Source: Marsupella aquatica
Lineage: Eukaryota > Plantae > Marchantiophyta
DNA: 64,000 bases
Assembly: GCA_973895155.1 (NCBI GenBank)
Contig: OZ316892.1
Location: 20,223,869-20,287,868 of the forward strand
Reading direction: 5' to 3'
Numbering within the stretch: position 1 is the stretch's first letter; each line of letters begins with the position of its first letter. The position numbers and the translations under genes are program-made. Of this stretch, positions 1 to 12,108 are shown one piece after another. The notes under the pieces are model-generated. The model did not search any database. It saw only the letters and a program-made list of their open reading frames with translations, and was not told the origin of the DNA.

Positions 1-1249
1 ATTGCAACGACAACTCTACAACCACCTCAGTTCTTTTGTATCTACAATTTGTGAACCCCCCGATGTTCACAAAACCTGCTCGAAATGCTTAGAATGGCAC
101 GTACTCTCAGTCCAAACCTCCATTGACTTCGGCCCTATCTGTTGCCTGTGTTGCCCTCCCTCCCACCAGCTCTCGCCTCCAAAAGCTCCACACTGCAAGC
201 TTTTCCAGCGTTGCCATGGAGAGGCGGGGAGACGCTGGAAAAGGTTGCAGTGTCTAGCTTTTCCCTCGCCCTCCAAAAGCTCCCTCAGTGCCAGTAAATT
301 CCCTAACATTGCCCGCTCAAATTCTATTTTTGACCCCTAATTTGTTTTCCACCCCAAACTGGCAGCCCATGCCAGACCCCTTGACGGAGGAATAAAAATT
401 CTGAGATTAACGTTTGAGATAGACTAAAATCACTACAAAAAAAAAATCTCGAGTGTGTTACAGGATGAAAATGCTAAACTATATAAATATCACCATTGTT
501 CTCGGCCATTTATTAGATCCTGGGTTGGATCGGTGGCTTTAAAGGGGGCCTAAAATGAGACCTGGAAGACCTTTGTACAGGCGGAAATTCAAGGGAAAAA
601 CTCCTCACCATTGGATTCAGACGATCATATAATGCGATCTTGCACCAGCTAGCACACAGGACAATAGTGGGGGAAGGTCACGAGGCTTGGCATGAAGATC
701 TTAATTCTAGATCAACTGGGCGTGCTTGCACTGTAAAGGTATTGGGCAAAGAGAGTTGATTTCCCAGAATTTCTGACTCTCCAAATTCCACTTGAAATTT
801 CCACCTCGAGGTGCTTCCTACCTACCGCTTGTGGCTTTTCTTTTGACTCCTCCTCCATCCAATGCACGCTTTATCTTTCAATTGTCTTTTAGGAATGTAA
901 TCTATCACTTTGACCATATTCTGGAATGATAACACTTCCACTTTGGCAACATTTTGCAATCCATGAGCATAGTCGGTGCTTTCATGCATGCCTCCTTGTA
1001 CAGTACATGAGGTTCTAAGAATGATATGTTTGTTTTGTTTACCGTTGTCCCTTCCTAAGTGCATTTTTTCAGAGAAAATTACAATTTACAATTTCCTTGC
1101 ATGAGGTAGACTCTTGTGCAGTGCACACTCTGTAAGTGTATTATGTTGCTCTTCAGAAGTTTTGACAGGGTTTTTTAGTTCCTACATGCAAAGAACCTAG
1201 TACCTATTTAAACACCTGTCCATAATAATTTGTATGTTATGTTGCACTT

Positions 1250-1593
1250 TGTTAGATATTGTTCTAGTCTTGTGACTCATGAGCTAACCATAGTTAGTCT
1301 AACTCGGGTTAGGACTTAGCTAATGTTTGCGGTAGTGCTGTTGTGCATATAGCCAGGGCTGATGCCAGACCCTGGGGGAACTTAGGCTCATTGTTACGGA
1401 GCTAGTTGAGAGATAGGGAGAGCTTGTGCTGTGGAAGCTTGGTATGGCCGGTCGGCCTAGAGTGCAGTAAAGCTCTTGTGTGTTCCCGTGGACGTAGCCT
1501 CATGTGGAGGTGAACCACGTATCTCTCTGTGTCGACTATTGTGCGTTGGATGGTTCATGGGCTTGCCGTTACGAATGTCGTCTATGCTCAACA
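1250..1593 (+). repeat. 5' LTR
   Basis: TGTTAGATATT...GCTCAACA, directly repeated at 7759-8102. Confidence 0.97.
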
Positions 1594-1595
1594 AG

Positions 1596-1607
1596 TGGTA
1601 TCAGAGC
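1596..1607 (+). promoter_or_regulatory. Primer-binding site (tRNA-iMet type)
   Basis: TGGTATCAGAGC 2 nt after the 5' LTR, the canonical plant iMet PBS. Confidence 0.95.
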
Positions 1608-3276
1608 ATGCTTGGGAGGTGACGAGGTTTTTTCGTGACAGGTTTTTCCAGCGTTCATTGTCGATAGTACATTCGGAGTTTCGTCGCATGAAACTCGAAT
1701 GTGTGTGGCTGAGCGGATAGGTTAGTGAGAGGGATTTCTAACGGTAGTTAGAACTCGCTGATCGGTATCCGTGGTGCGGAGGAATTGAAGTTTGCGTCGT
1801 TCAGGGTTTATTCGTGTTCGACGGTATTTCGGGAAAGAGACCAGAGTTTGCGTTTTTCAATGGTGTGAGCGGTGCGGTACGGGAGGGATCGCACATTCTA
1901 GCTCAAGTTGAAGGTTGAAGCGAGCTGGTCGTTTCGGTAGCTAGATTGCTGTCGAGTTGTTACCGAGTGCGTCGTGACGAGTGAAGGAGACGTTCAGGTT
2001 TTTTCACCAGCTATGGAGCTTGTTCACATCTGAACCGGGTTTCTCTTTGTGACGTACGACTCGGTGGAAGACACGCAAAGTGCTACGGCTCAACGGGTTG
2101 ATCGCGGCGAGGCGGTCCTTTTGAGCCCGGGATTGGCACTTGACGCAAAGTGAAGGCGTCGCGGCGGAAATTTTTTACTCTGCTGGAGTTGCGGACTTTG
2201 CCGGTTCAATTTGGCAACATTTCCCGTCAGCGGCGTTCACTTTTCTCATTGGTAATGGCGGTGGCAAGGTGAGTAAACCGGGCAAATTTTTGTTGAGCAA
2301 AATTTTTGATTTAAGGGGGTCCTTTGGTGTGTGTATACACACACCTGTTTCCCCCTCCCGGCCCCCCGTTACCCCGCTTGTTTTTTCCCCCCTCCCCCTC
2401 CCGCACCCCGATTTTTTCCTTTTACGCCTCCCTCCGCAGCGCCGGCCGGCGCTTATTTAGCCGCTCGCCGGCTGCTACTCCCCACCCCGTTACGCGCCCC
2501 CCTTCGCCAGCCTTACGAAGCCGCCCCCCCCGGTCTCCCATTCAGCCGGGGCACCTCCCTCGCGACGGGCTGCCGGCGCGCGCCCTGCCCCTTTAGTGCC
2601 CCATTTCACGAACAAATACGCGGCTGCGTATTCAGCCATTTTGACCCCCGCGCCCTCCTGTACCCCACGCGAGTGCCCTGTATACTCCCTGGCCCGCCTC
2701 GCGTCGCCTATACGCTGATGCGCCTTTTTTTTTGTTTATACCTGTATTTAGTGATAAGGGGCGTTTGGACCCCCTTTAGGACCCTATTTTAAACCATTTT
2801 TCCTTTTCCTTGTTTTCCCCTTTGTGTCGGGACCTGCCGCCCTCCGTTTTAACCGCTTGGACAGGGGGAACGGCCCCCTGTGAGACCTGTCGGACTGTGC
2901 GGGAATATTCCCCAAAAAACAGAGAGCTGTTTTTTGGCCGTCCGACAAAGATTCTGTCCGCCGAACGGTAACTTTTTTGGTTCTTTTTCGGTGAGGACGT
3001 TGCCACTGGAGTTAGCAACGCGGCGCACCGATCACATCGCAATTCCGACGACGGGTTATACTGGGTATTTTGGTTATTCTCCGAGGTGGTCAAAACGGGG
3101 AAGTTTCCCAAGGTTTTACCCACCCGGACCGAAATTTGAATAACTTTTCCGTCGAATTTTGATTTTGATTTCGGCTTTCAATATTAGACTCCTAGCTTTG
3201 CGGGCTACGCGGCGGTGTTGAGTTTTGAGTTTTGTGAGAAGTTTCAAAAAAAGATGTTTTTTCGTGATTGTTTCAT

Positions 3277-6200
3277 ATGAGTGACTCGGAGGATACTGGA
3301 AGAATTGGCGTCGGTGGAGCTTCAGGATTGCGACGCTCAGACGGTGAGTCTGAGGAGGAGCTGCTACCATTTGAGGAGGAACAAGTAACACCGGTACGAT
3401 CACCTATGCGGCGTGCAGTGGAGGAAGCTGTACTACTACCAGAGCTGTTGGTAGTTGGGAAGAAGAGGGAGATGGCTAGATTCGGAGGAGTAAAGTTTGA
3501 GGTGGAGAAGTACGATGGTCGTACTGATTACTTGTTGTGGGAGAAGCAAGTGAAGGGTGTTCTACGGGCCATGGGCTTAGCTCATCTGCTCTCTTCGCGA
3601 GAGCAGTATGATGGAGAGGAGGAGATCTCAGAGAAGCAGTGGAGACAGGAGCAGGTGATTGTTGTTAATGCAGTGATGCTTTACCTGAAGCCGCACATCA
3701 TCAAGCAGTTGGATGATTATGCGGATTGCGCATCACTGTTCAAGGCTCTTAGAGAGAAGTACTACCGGGAAGATGCGTCAGACCGGCTGTACAAGAAGTC
3801 TCTCTTGATGAGCCTCAGGCTCAAGGAAGGGAGCAAGATGCAGGATCACCTGGATAAATTTGACAGTCTAGCGGTGGATCTGTCAAACCTGGGAAAAGGA
3901 GTTGAAGATGAGGATAAGGCCTTGCTTCTGCTAAGCTCCTTACCGCCGTCATATCAGGGCTTGAAATAGGTGCTCTTGTACAGAGATCTGAAGTCCATTT
4001 CGTATAATGAGGTGGTGAGCTCTTTACTGTCTGATGATGCTCAGAAGAAGCTGGGTCAATCACAGACAGCATCTTCTTCTGGCACTGCGCTCAATGTGAA
4101 CAAGGGAAGAGCAGCGCAGCGCACAAATGGGCAGAACAGGTTTAGATCTACATCACGGGGGAGATCTAAATCCAGAGGAAAATTGCAAGAGAGGAAGCCT
4201 CTTGCATGTTGGAATTGTGGCAAGCCTGGCCACATGAAAAGGGATTGTCGAGTAAAGGTCCATACTGCATCTGCTAACGCGGGATCGAGCTCACATGAGG
4301 TAGATTTACTCGATGATGATGACATATTGTGATGTCAAGGTTATGCTCTCAACGTAGTGTCAAATCCAGGTAGTGATGACTGGATTCTAGATAGTGCATG
4401 TACTTTTCACATTTGCTCTAGGAGAGATTTTTTCAATTCTTACACGGTTTCCAACGGGTCAGTGTTGATGGGAAATGGAATCCCATGTCAAGTTGTTGGA
4501 CTTGGATCTGTAAGATTTCAGATGTTTGATGGTGCTGTGAGAACGTTGAGGAATGTAAGACATATTCCCAGCATGATGAAAAATGTCATTTCACTTGGAG
4601 TTTTAGAAGCAAATGGCCATCAGTGGAGTTTTGCTAATGGTGTCCTTCAGGTTTCAACCGGTACTAAAGTTGTATTGAAGGGAAAGAGACATTGCAATCT
4701 ATACGTTTTGGAGGGCAGTGTAGTCAGTGATGAAGCCAATGCAATCTTATCTCATGAGGAGACGGCCCAGCTGTGGCACTTCCGTTTGGGCCACATGAGT
4801 GAAAAAGGTTTGGTTATTCTTCAGAAGAAAGGATTACTTTCTAATTTACAGTCTTGTAAGTTGGAATTTTGTGAGCACTGTGTGCTAGGGAAGCAGCACA
4901 AGAAACCCTTCGGAGTTGGAACTCACACCAGCAAGGAGGTACTTGAGTATGTACATAGTGATGTGTGGGGTCCAGCCCCTACTCCCTCACATTCTGGACG
5001 GTTATACTATGTCACGTTTATAGACGATTACTCAAGATATGTGTGGATATACTTTCTACACAATAAATCTGATGTTTTTGCCACTTTTAAGGAGTGGAAA
5101 GCCCAAGTTGAAAATCAAACTGGTAATAAGGTGAGATATCTTCGATCGGATAATGACGGTGAATACAGTTCCGGTGAATTTGGAACGTATTGTAAGGAGC
5201 AGGGGATTACCCGCCATCTCACAACAAGTTATACTCCTCAGCAGAATGGTGTTTCTGAGAGACTCAACCGAACACTATTGGACCGCTCGAGGAGTATGTT
5301 GAGTCAATCATGCTTACCACATGAGTTTTGGGCTGAAGCTGTCAACACTGCAGCTTATTTGGTAAATTTTTCTCCATCCAGTTCTATTGGATTCAAGACG
5401 TCATTTGAAATGAGGTACGGGCGTCCAACAGATTACTCACATCTGAGGATTTTTGGATGTGATACTTAAGTGCTTACACCTTCCCAGCTTCGATCCAAGC
5501 TAGAGTCCAAGTTGAAGAAGTGCATTTTCCTTGGCTATCAGAAAGGTGTGAAGGGTTATAGGTTATGGGATCCAGTAACCTGTAAGCTAATTGTCAGTAG
5601 AGATGTGTCCTTTAATGAATCCAGATCATCAAAGGAGGGGGAGAGTTCTCAGGACTCCCATATTGACAAGGGGAAATCTCCCATCCCGGACCGGGTTGAG
5701 GGGGAGATTAGTCATGATGCAGTTCATGAAAGGAGAGATGGAGAAGCTCCGGGCTTGGAGCTGGTTCCTGTGATGGAACAAGAGGAGCAAATTGTTGCTG
5801 GGGTACCTCAAATTCAACCAGCAGCAGCAACAGATCAGCCTGAGTCATCTACTAGAAGAACTTCCAGTCGTTCTACTAGAGCTCCTACCAGGTATGGTCA
5901 ATGGGTAGACTCATCTAAGCTAGATGATATTGACATTGCACCTGATGAAGATGATATGGCTTTGATCTTGGAAGAAGGAGAGCCTTCTTCGTATAGTGAG
6001 GCTTGTGCTTCAGAGCAGAAGCATGAGTGGAATGCAGCAATGCAGAGGGAGTTGCAATCTTTGAGTAACAACAAGACATGGGAACTGGTGGAGCTTCCAA
6101 GAGGTCAGCAAGTGGTGGACAGCAAGTGGATTTACAAGTTGAAGGACAGTCCTTCAGAGGGTGGAGATAAGATCTACAAGGCAAGGCTTGTTGCCAAGGG

Positions 6201-7545
6201 GTTCACTCAGGAGAAAGGAGTGGATTACAATGAGGTCTTTTCACCAGTGGCTAAGTATTCCACAATTCGGATCTTGTGTCAGCTTGTTGTGTTTTTTGGT
6301 CTGGTGATGGATCAGATGGATGTTGTTACTGCTTTTCTCTATGGCAACTTGGAAGAGATGATCTTCATGAGACAGCCACTAGGCTTTATGAAGAAGGGCC
6401 AAGAGAACTTAGTTTGCAGATTGCTCAAATCCTTGTATGGATTGAAGCAGTCTCCCAGACAGTGGAACAAGCGGTTTGATGATTTCATACTTGCTCAAGG
6501 TTTTACAAGGATGGTGTATGATCCTTGTGTGTATACGAAATCAGTCAAGAATGATGTATTTGGTTTCATCATTCTGGTGATCTATGTGGATGACATGCTA
6601 ATTGTGGCTAAAGATCAATCTGAGGTTAACAGTCTCAAGGCAAAATTGAGCGTTGAATTCAGGATGAAGGATCTTGGTAAGGCCAAGAGGATCTTAGGGA
6701 TGGAGATTTTTAGGAACTCTGAGACTGGACAGTTGTGCTTGAGTCAAGGCCAGTATGCGAGGAAAGTACTTGCACGATTCAACATGGAGAACTGTAAGCA
6801 AGTGAGTATTCCTTTAGCTTCGCATTTCAAGTTATCATCGGCTTTCTCTCCTACGGATGCTGTGGAGAAAGGTCTAATGGCTAAGATTCCTTATGAGAAG
6901 GCAGTAGGCAGTCTGATGTATTTGATGACTTGTACTAGGCCTGACTTGGCCCTAGCGATGGGCAAGGTTAGCAGATTCATGTCAAATCCAGGGAAGGTAC
7001 ATTGGGAAGCTGTGAAATGGATTCTCAGGTATGTGAAGGGAACACAGGACTATGGATTACTATTTGATAACAGATCAAATAGAACGTTAGTTGACTATGT
7101 AGATTCTGACTATGGAGGCTGTCTGGATACAAGGAGATCTACAATTGGGTTCGTATACACTCTTGGAGGAGGATGTATCAGTTGGAAATCTACCTTGCAA
7201 AAGTGCATATCTCAGTCTACTACAGAAGCAGAGTATGTTGCAGTAGCAGAAGCTGCAAAGGAAGCAATTTGGTTGGATAAGTTGATCGCGAAGATGGGTT
7301 TAGAGCATGGAAAAATGACTCTAAACTGTGATAGTCAGAGTGCTCTTCACTTGGCTGCTAACCAGGTGATGGATAGCAGGGTGAAGCACATTGATATCAG
7401 GTACCATTTTATCAGGCAAGCAGTGTGTGATAAAACTTTTGAGCTAGTCAAGATTGATGGAAAGCTCAATCCCGCTGATGCCTTTACCAAAGTGATTCCT
7501 TTGGAGAGTTTCTCAAGACACCGTGCTACTTTGCAGATTTTGTAG
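3277..7545 (+). pseudogene. Copia gag-pol polyprotein in one reading frame, interrupted by three stops (3967-3969 TAG, 4330-4332 TGA, 5467-5469 TAA)
   Basis: Gag KFEVEKYDG and zinc knuckle CWNCGKPGHMKRDC; protease WILDSAC; integrase LWHFRLGH...CEHC, VHSDVWG, LRSDN.GEY, QQNGVSER; RT YKARLVAKG, MDVVTAFLYG, YVDDML; RNaseH YVDSDYGG, TEAEY, KHIDIRYHF. All four ORF pieces are in the same frame. Confidence 0.95.
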
Positions 7546-7747
7546 TTGTAGTGCAAGTAGAGTTATTTAGCAATGTGTGACTATTTGTATATGGATTACT
7601 CATTCCTGTTAGGCTACGGCTTAGTTCTAGTTAACCCTTAGTTAACCCTTGTGGTTTTTAGGGGGAGACCTGGTTTGGTGATTGTCTAGAACTTCCCGCT
7701 GAGGATTCCATATGATAGCATTTAGTTCATTCCCCAAGACAAGAGTC

Positions 7748-7756
7748 AAAGGGGAG
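7748..7756 (+). other. Polypurine tract of the copia element
   Basis: AAAGGGGAG just upstream of the 3' LTR. Confidence 0.85.
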
Positions 7757-7758
7757 TT

Positions 7759-8102
7759 TGTTAGATATTGTTCTAGTCTTGTGACTCATGAGCTAACCAT
7801 AGTTAGTCTAACTCGGGTTAGGACTTAGCTAATGTTAGCGGTAGTGCTGTTGTGCATATAGCCAGGGCTAATGCCAGACCCTGGGGGAACTTAGGCTCAT
7901 TGTTACGGAGCTAGTTGAGAGATAAGGAGAGCTTGTGCTGTGGAAGCTTGGTATGGCCGGTCGGCCTAGAGTGCAGTAAAGCTCTTGTGTGTTCCCGTGG
8001 ACGTAGCCTCATGTGGAGGTGAACCACGTATCTCTCTGTGTCGACTATTGTGCGTTGGATGGTTCATGGGCTTGCCGTTACGAATGTCGTCTATGCTCAA
8101 CA
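7759..8102 (+). repeat. 3' LTR
   Basis: Direct repeat of 1250-1593, followed by the TSD CACTT. Confidence 0.97.
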
Positions 8103-11100
8103 CACTTAGGGAGTTTTGACAGGGGTGTTTTAGATTTTACCAAAAACCTAAATGTTCAATACACTTATCCATAAAGCATATTAACCATCAATAAGTGTTC
8201 AAAACATGTGTTTTAGTTTTACAAAGCCCATAAACCCTAAACTATTTGATAAGTGCATCACATAGTGCTAACCATCTATAAGTGGATATCTGGGGATTTT
8301 CAGGGAGTGTGCAGTTACAAAAGGTTGACCCCCATATGTCCTCCATGACTATAGATATGTAGCAGAAAGGTCTCATCAAGGGGATGGGTAAACTATAGGG
8401 TTTATGCTTAGGATGTCTCAAACCTCTCTGTTTTGGCTTGATCCGGTCATGGTTGCATGCACAGGGTTTTCTGGCAGTTATGTTGCGGACTGGAAAATAC
8501 CTGGTTTGCCCCTTTTGACCTAAGTCTAAAACTCTTACTTTTGGGCCGGGAGGTATTTGTTTAATGGGACCCTAAAATGAAAAGTATTACTTGATGGGAC
8601 CCCTGATGGAGGTGTTGGGTGCGTTGATTCAAGGTTAGGTCTCTCAAGACCAATCAATGGTCTAGATCACTCAGGGGGTCCTATCCGGGCCAGTAAAACT
8701 TTTCTTTTTCCAGCCCTTCAGGCTCCCTACTACTTTGACTTGTGATGCTTTGACCACCAGAGGAGTCTTCGCTCATGACAATCACGTCTTTCACATTTTG
8801 TCCTTGCAGAAAATCATTTGACATTTTGAACATTACGAACTCAGAGTTCGTGCACAGGCCCTTTAGACACGGCAAAGCCAGTGATACAGGGCTCTGTCCT
8901 TCATCGCATAATTGGTAGATGAAGTCTCGCTGGTCTCGACTGTTGACACCAACAAAGCGTTTAGCGACTACTGGTGATGGAACGGTATTTCTTTAAATGC
9001 AAACCCAGCCCTCGTTTCTGTCATAAGCCGTTTATGCCAGCCTTTAGACGTACATGTCAGGTGCCAATGTGTTCCCACATGTTGCACGTCTAAAGGCTGG
9101 CATAATATTAAGAAAGCAAACGGCTAAGCTTGCACATTAATTAATCCTGTCCCTTCCATATATTGCCCCACAGGAGGTGGGTTTCTGCAGTATATCATAG
9201 TGTACGTGATGACAGAAGTTCATCGCAGCTGGGCACCAACATTATTGTCTGCAATTCTAGGAGTGCCGTGCAGCGCAGTAACCGCGTGAGTTGTTGTGGA
9301 CACGTTGGTCAACAACTTCACTTGGAAGATCATCTCTTGCGGATGATACCTCGGTGATAGATTGGGAACTACTAGAAATCTGCTTCCACAAGCAATCCAC
9401 TTCGCTTGAGTGTACAAGAAAGGGATGGCAAGAGTAAACCATACGGTACTTCTAGCCGATTATCTGAGGTAGTGGACGCCACTGGATAGTCCTGCGCTCC
9501 ATTTGCCGGGTGCCGAGGACACTATGCGATCAACCTGCCGAATACTAAGTACGTCTTGATCGCGGCTCTACAACGTTTAACACTCTACTAACGGTGCCAA
9601 CTGAAGGCAGAAAGTTTAAGCGCGGGGAGGGGGCCGTCAACAACGATTCTGTACCTGTAGCTTTGCCGGATGGCGATATGCTAAGCTGTCACCAAGACTA
9701 TTGAAGAACTACGCTGGAGAACAATCCTTGGAGAGGACATGTACACTGCAGACTCCCCGGACCAATTCTCTGACCTTACTTTGCAGATTGAATGCATATG
9801 ACGGCAGTGTATACGACGCTCAAGGATGCTTAAGGAAGAGGATTTCTGGGCTGGCCCAATGGAGTGGGCAGTGTCTCAATAACAGCAGTCTGGTTCCGGT
9901 CGGGAGCTACACATACGTGCCTGCAGCTGCAGTAGTCCCACGAGGTATACCACATTATACCCTGCCATGCCATTCCCCGCCCCGTCCTCGTGTGCGTTGT
10001 TTTCCTGTACTAGTATAGGTGAAGCATACATTGAGAGAAACTCACTTAAAGAGAACCATCCATTGTCAGTCCGATACAATGGGCGGCCGGATGCATTGTC
10101 TTCTGCTATGAGGCAGTTGGCCACTGACGACCTAGATTGATTGATTTCTCGTTCACTTTCTCGTTCACTTGCTTTGAGGGGTGGGTCGGACTGGAAATCG
10201 GCGTGTTGATCGATCGGCCATCATTTGGACCTTCTGGGCAGGCATGCACTCTTCGCTCTTGTTTTCGTTGGGGTTCCGTGGACTTCAATATCTTTTCCAT
10301 CGGTTATTTCAGTATTTCTAAATTAGCCATACTAAGTACGTCTTGATCGCGGCTGAAATTTCTGTGTGGTGGGCATATGGGCTCAGTTCACCCTTGGCCT
10401 TGTCCTAAAGTTTTCGTCTATCGTAGATCTGCTATTAATTACTTTGACTAGCTACTGCCATCCAAGTCTGTTGTTCAGTTTCACAACACTAATGGCTATG
10501 ATCTAAGCGAGCTTTGTCAACACGGTCGTACTAAATATATACTCAGGTCTTGATATAGTTACCGAAAGCTTGTACTGTAATTTCTGGGTTGTTGGACATT
10601 CGTGATCGATTCATTGGGGCCAAAATGCTAGTTGCGGGCCCTGTCTCAATTATGTTTCTGGTTGTGTCTAATAGGTCCATCATCTTTCCAATTCACACTT
10701 GGATGTCCTCTGAGTCTACCCGCTAGGGGGTAAAGAGGCGTTAACCCTGATCTCCTGGACAAGGCTCCTTCGATACCATCATCAGTGTGCACACTTACCC
10801 CAGATGTGTGAAACCATCCACTCATCAACAGGTAAGCTAAAAGTCATGATTGCTCCACAATCATATTCTGTCAGGTTGGAAAAGTACTGTGTGGTGGAAC
10901 CAATTTTGGACTAAAACTCAATAACTGTAGATCATCTTAGTTATAGTTATTGGTCTTGGTGGTATCCTCTAGCTAGTAACATGCACTGTGTCATATATGG
11001 GTTTGGAGAGACCGTCACAGGTTCAACGCTAGTATTTGGTTTCCGTTGTCAGTAACTTGCATTATTTTATTGTATTTTGTAGTAAGATTGAAACTACAGT

Positions 11101-12108
11101 CAATAGGTGAACAGTCAGATTCCTCTATTGCTTTGGATTCTTAGTTTACCATAAGCAGCTGGTTTACCTGAAAGCAACTCGGTTAACGAAGGCTGAGGGT
11201 GACAGTCATTGTGAGCTTTACAGGCAATTATCAGTAAGATATATCGTCTTAGGATACATCGAAATTACTTAGTTCTGGTCAATTGGCATGCTGAAGATAG
11301 CTCGGTTGCTCAAAAGTTATTCTTAATTATCTCAGGAAAGTTCTATACTATGATGGAGCGAGCTCAGGAGAGATGTTCCCATATATGGTACAAGCTAGTG
11401 AAGAACTTTCTAGTATGAGCTATCAATGGGGAATTTTGGTCTTCAGACAGAGGTACTGGCCACAATGTGGTACTTCAATCTAAAGGTAGCTAAAAGCCTT
11501 ACGTATTTGAGCAAGTCTTCAATGCATGCTTGATGAGTTTCTTCTCGGCCCCATTCTTTCGTTTGTTTGTTGACTTCTTCCATGTCTGCTACGTACATTA
11601 CAGTAGCCAGTCCGCCCCGTCTGATACTGTTGTTACTGTTGTTTATGCAAAAATATGGTGGAGAAAGAGAGTACATGAGATTTGCGAGCAACTGTACAAA
11701 ACTCAGTCGCTGTCAGAATCTATATTGGATAAGTTTGTGTACCGTGGTTAGATCAACGCACAGTCATGAGGTGCTGAAGATATTGAAAATCATTTTTACA
11801 CTCTTCAACTCGATGTGAGGTAGAGAGAAGTGCAATACGTTGATGTTTACTCGATGGTCCTTGGCCTACAGGATTGCAAGGTGTGAAATCTCACAGCACG
11901 AGTGGGTCGACGGGGTACAACTTTCGTCTATCAAGGTATATTGCCATTTCTGAACACCAGCTATCAGATCAGGTTTCTGTGCCTAAACATCTGAGATTGT
12001 CTTCAAAGGGTTACTCTGGACGAGTCCAGTTACCTTTCTCAAGTGTAGACTCTAAATGTCAAAGGTTCACCTCATCAAATTTCATTGCATATCTTATCAT
12101 ACAGAATC

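Larger units (their letters stand above)
1250..8102 (+). mobile_element. Full-length Ty1/copia LTR retrotransposon, recently inserted, coding region inactivated
   Basis: Two 344-bp TG...CA LTRs differing at about 3 positions; 5-bp TSD CACTT at 1245-1249 and 8103-8107; PBS and PPT present; domain order gag-PR-IN-RT-RNaseH is the copia order. Confidence 0.98.

Noticed and set aside
2140-3143. Overlapping Pro/Arg-rich ORFs in the copia leader as an extra gene
   Set aside because: Low-complexity products of GC-rich sequence, open in several frames at once, with no recognisable motif.
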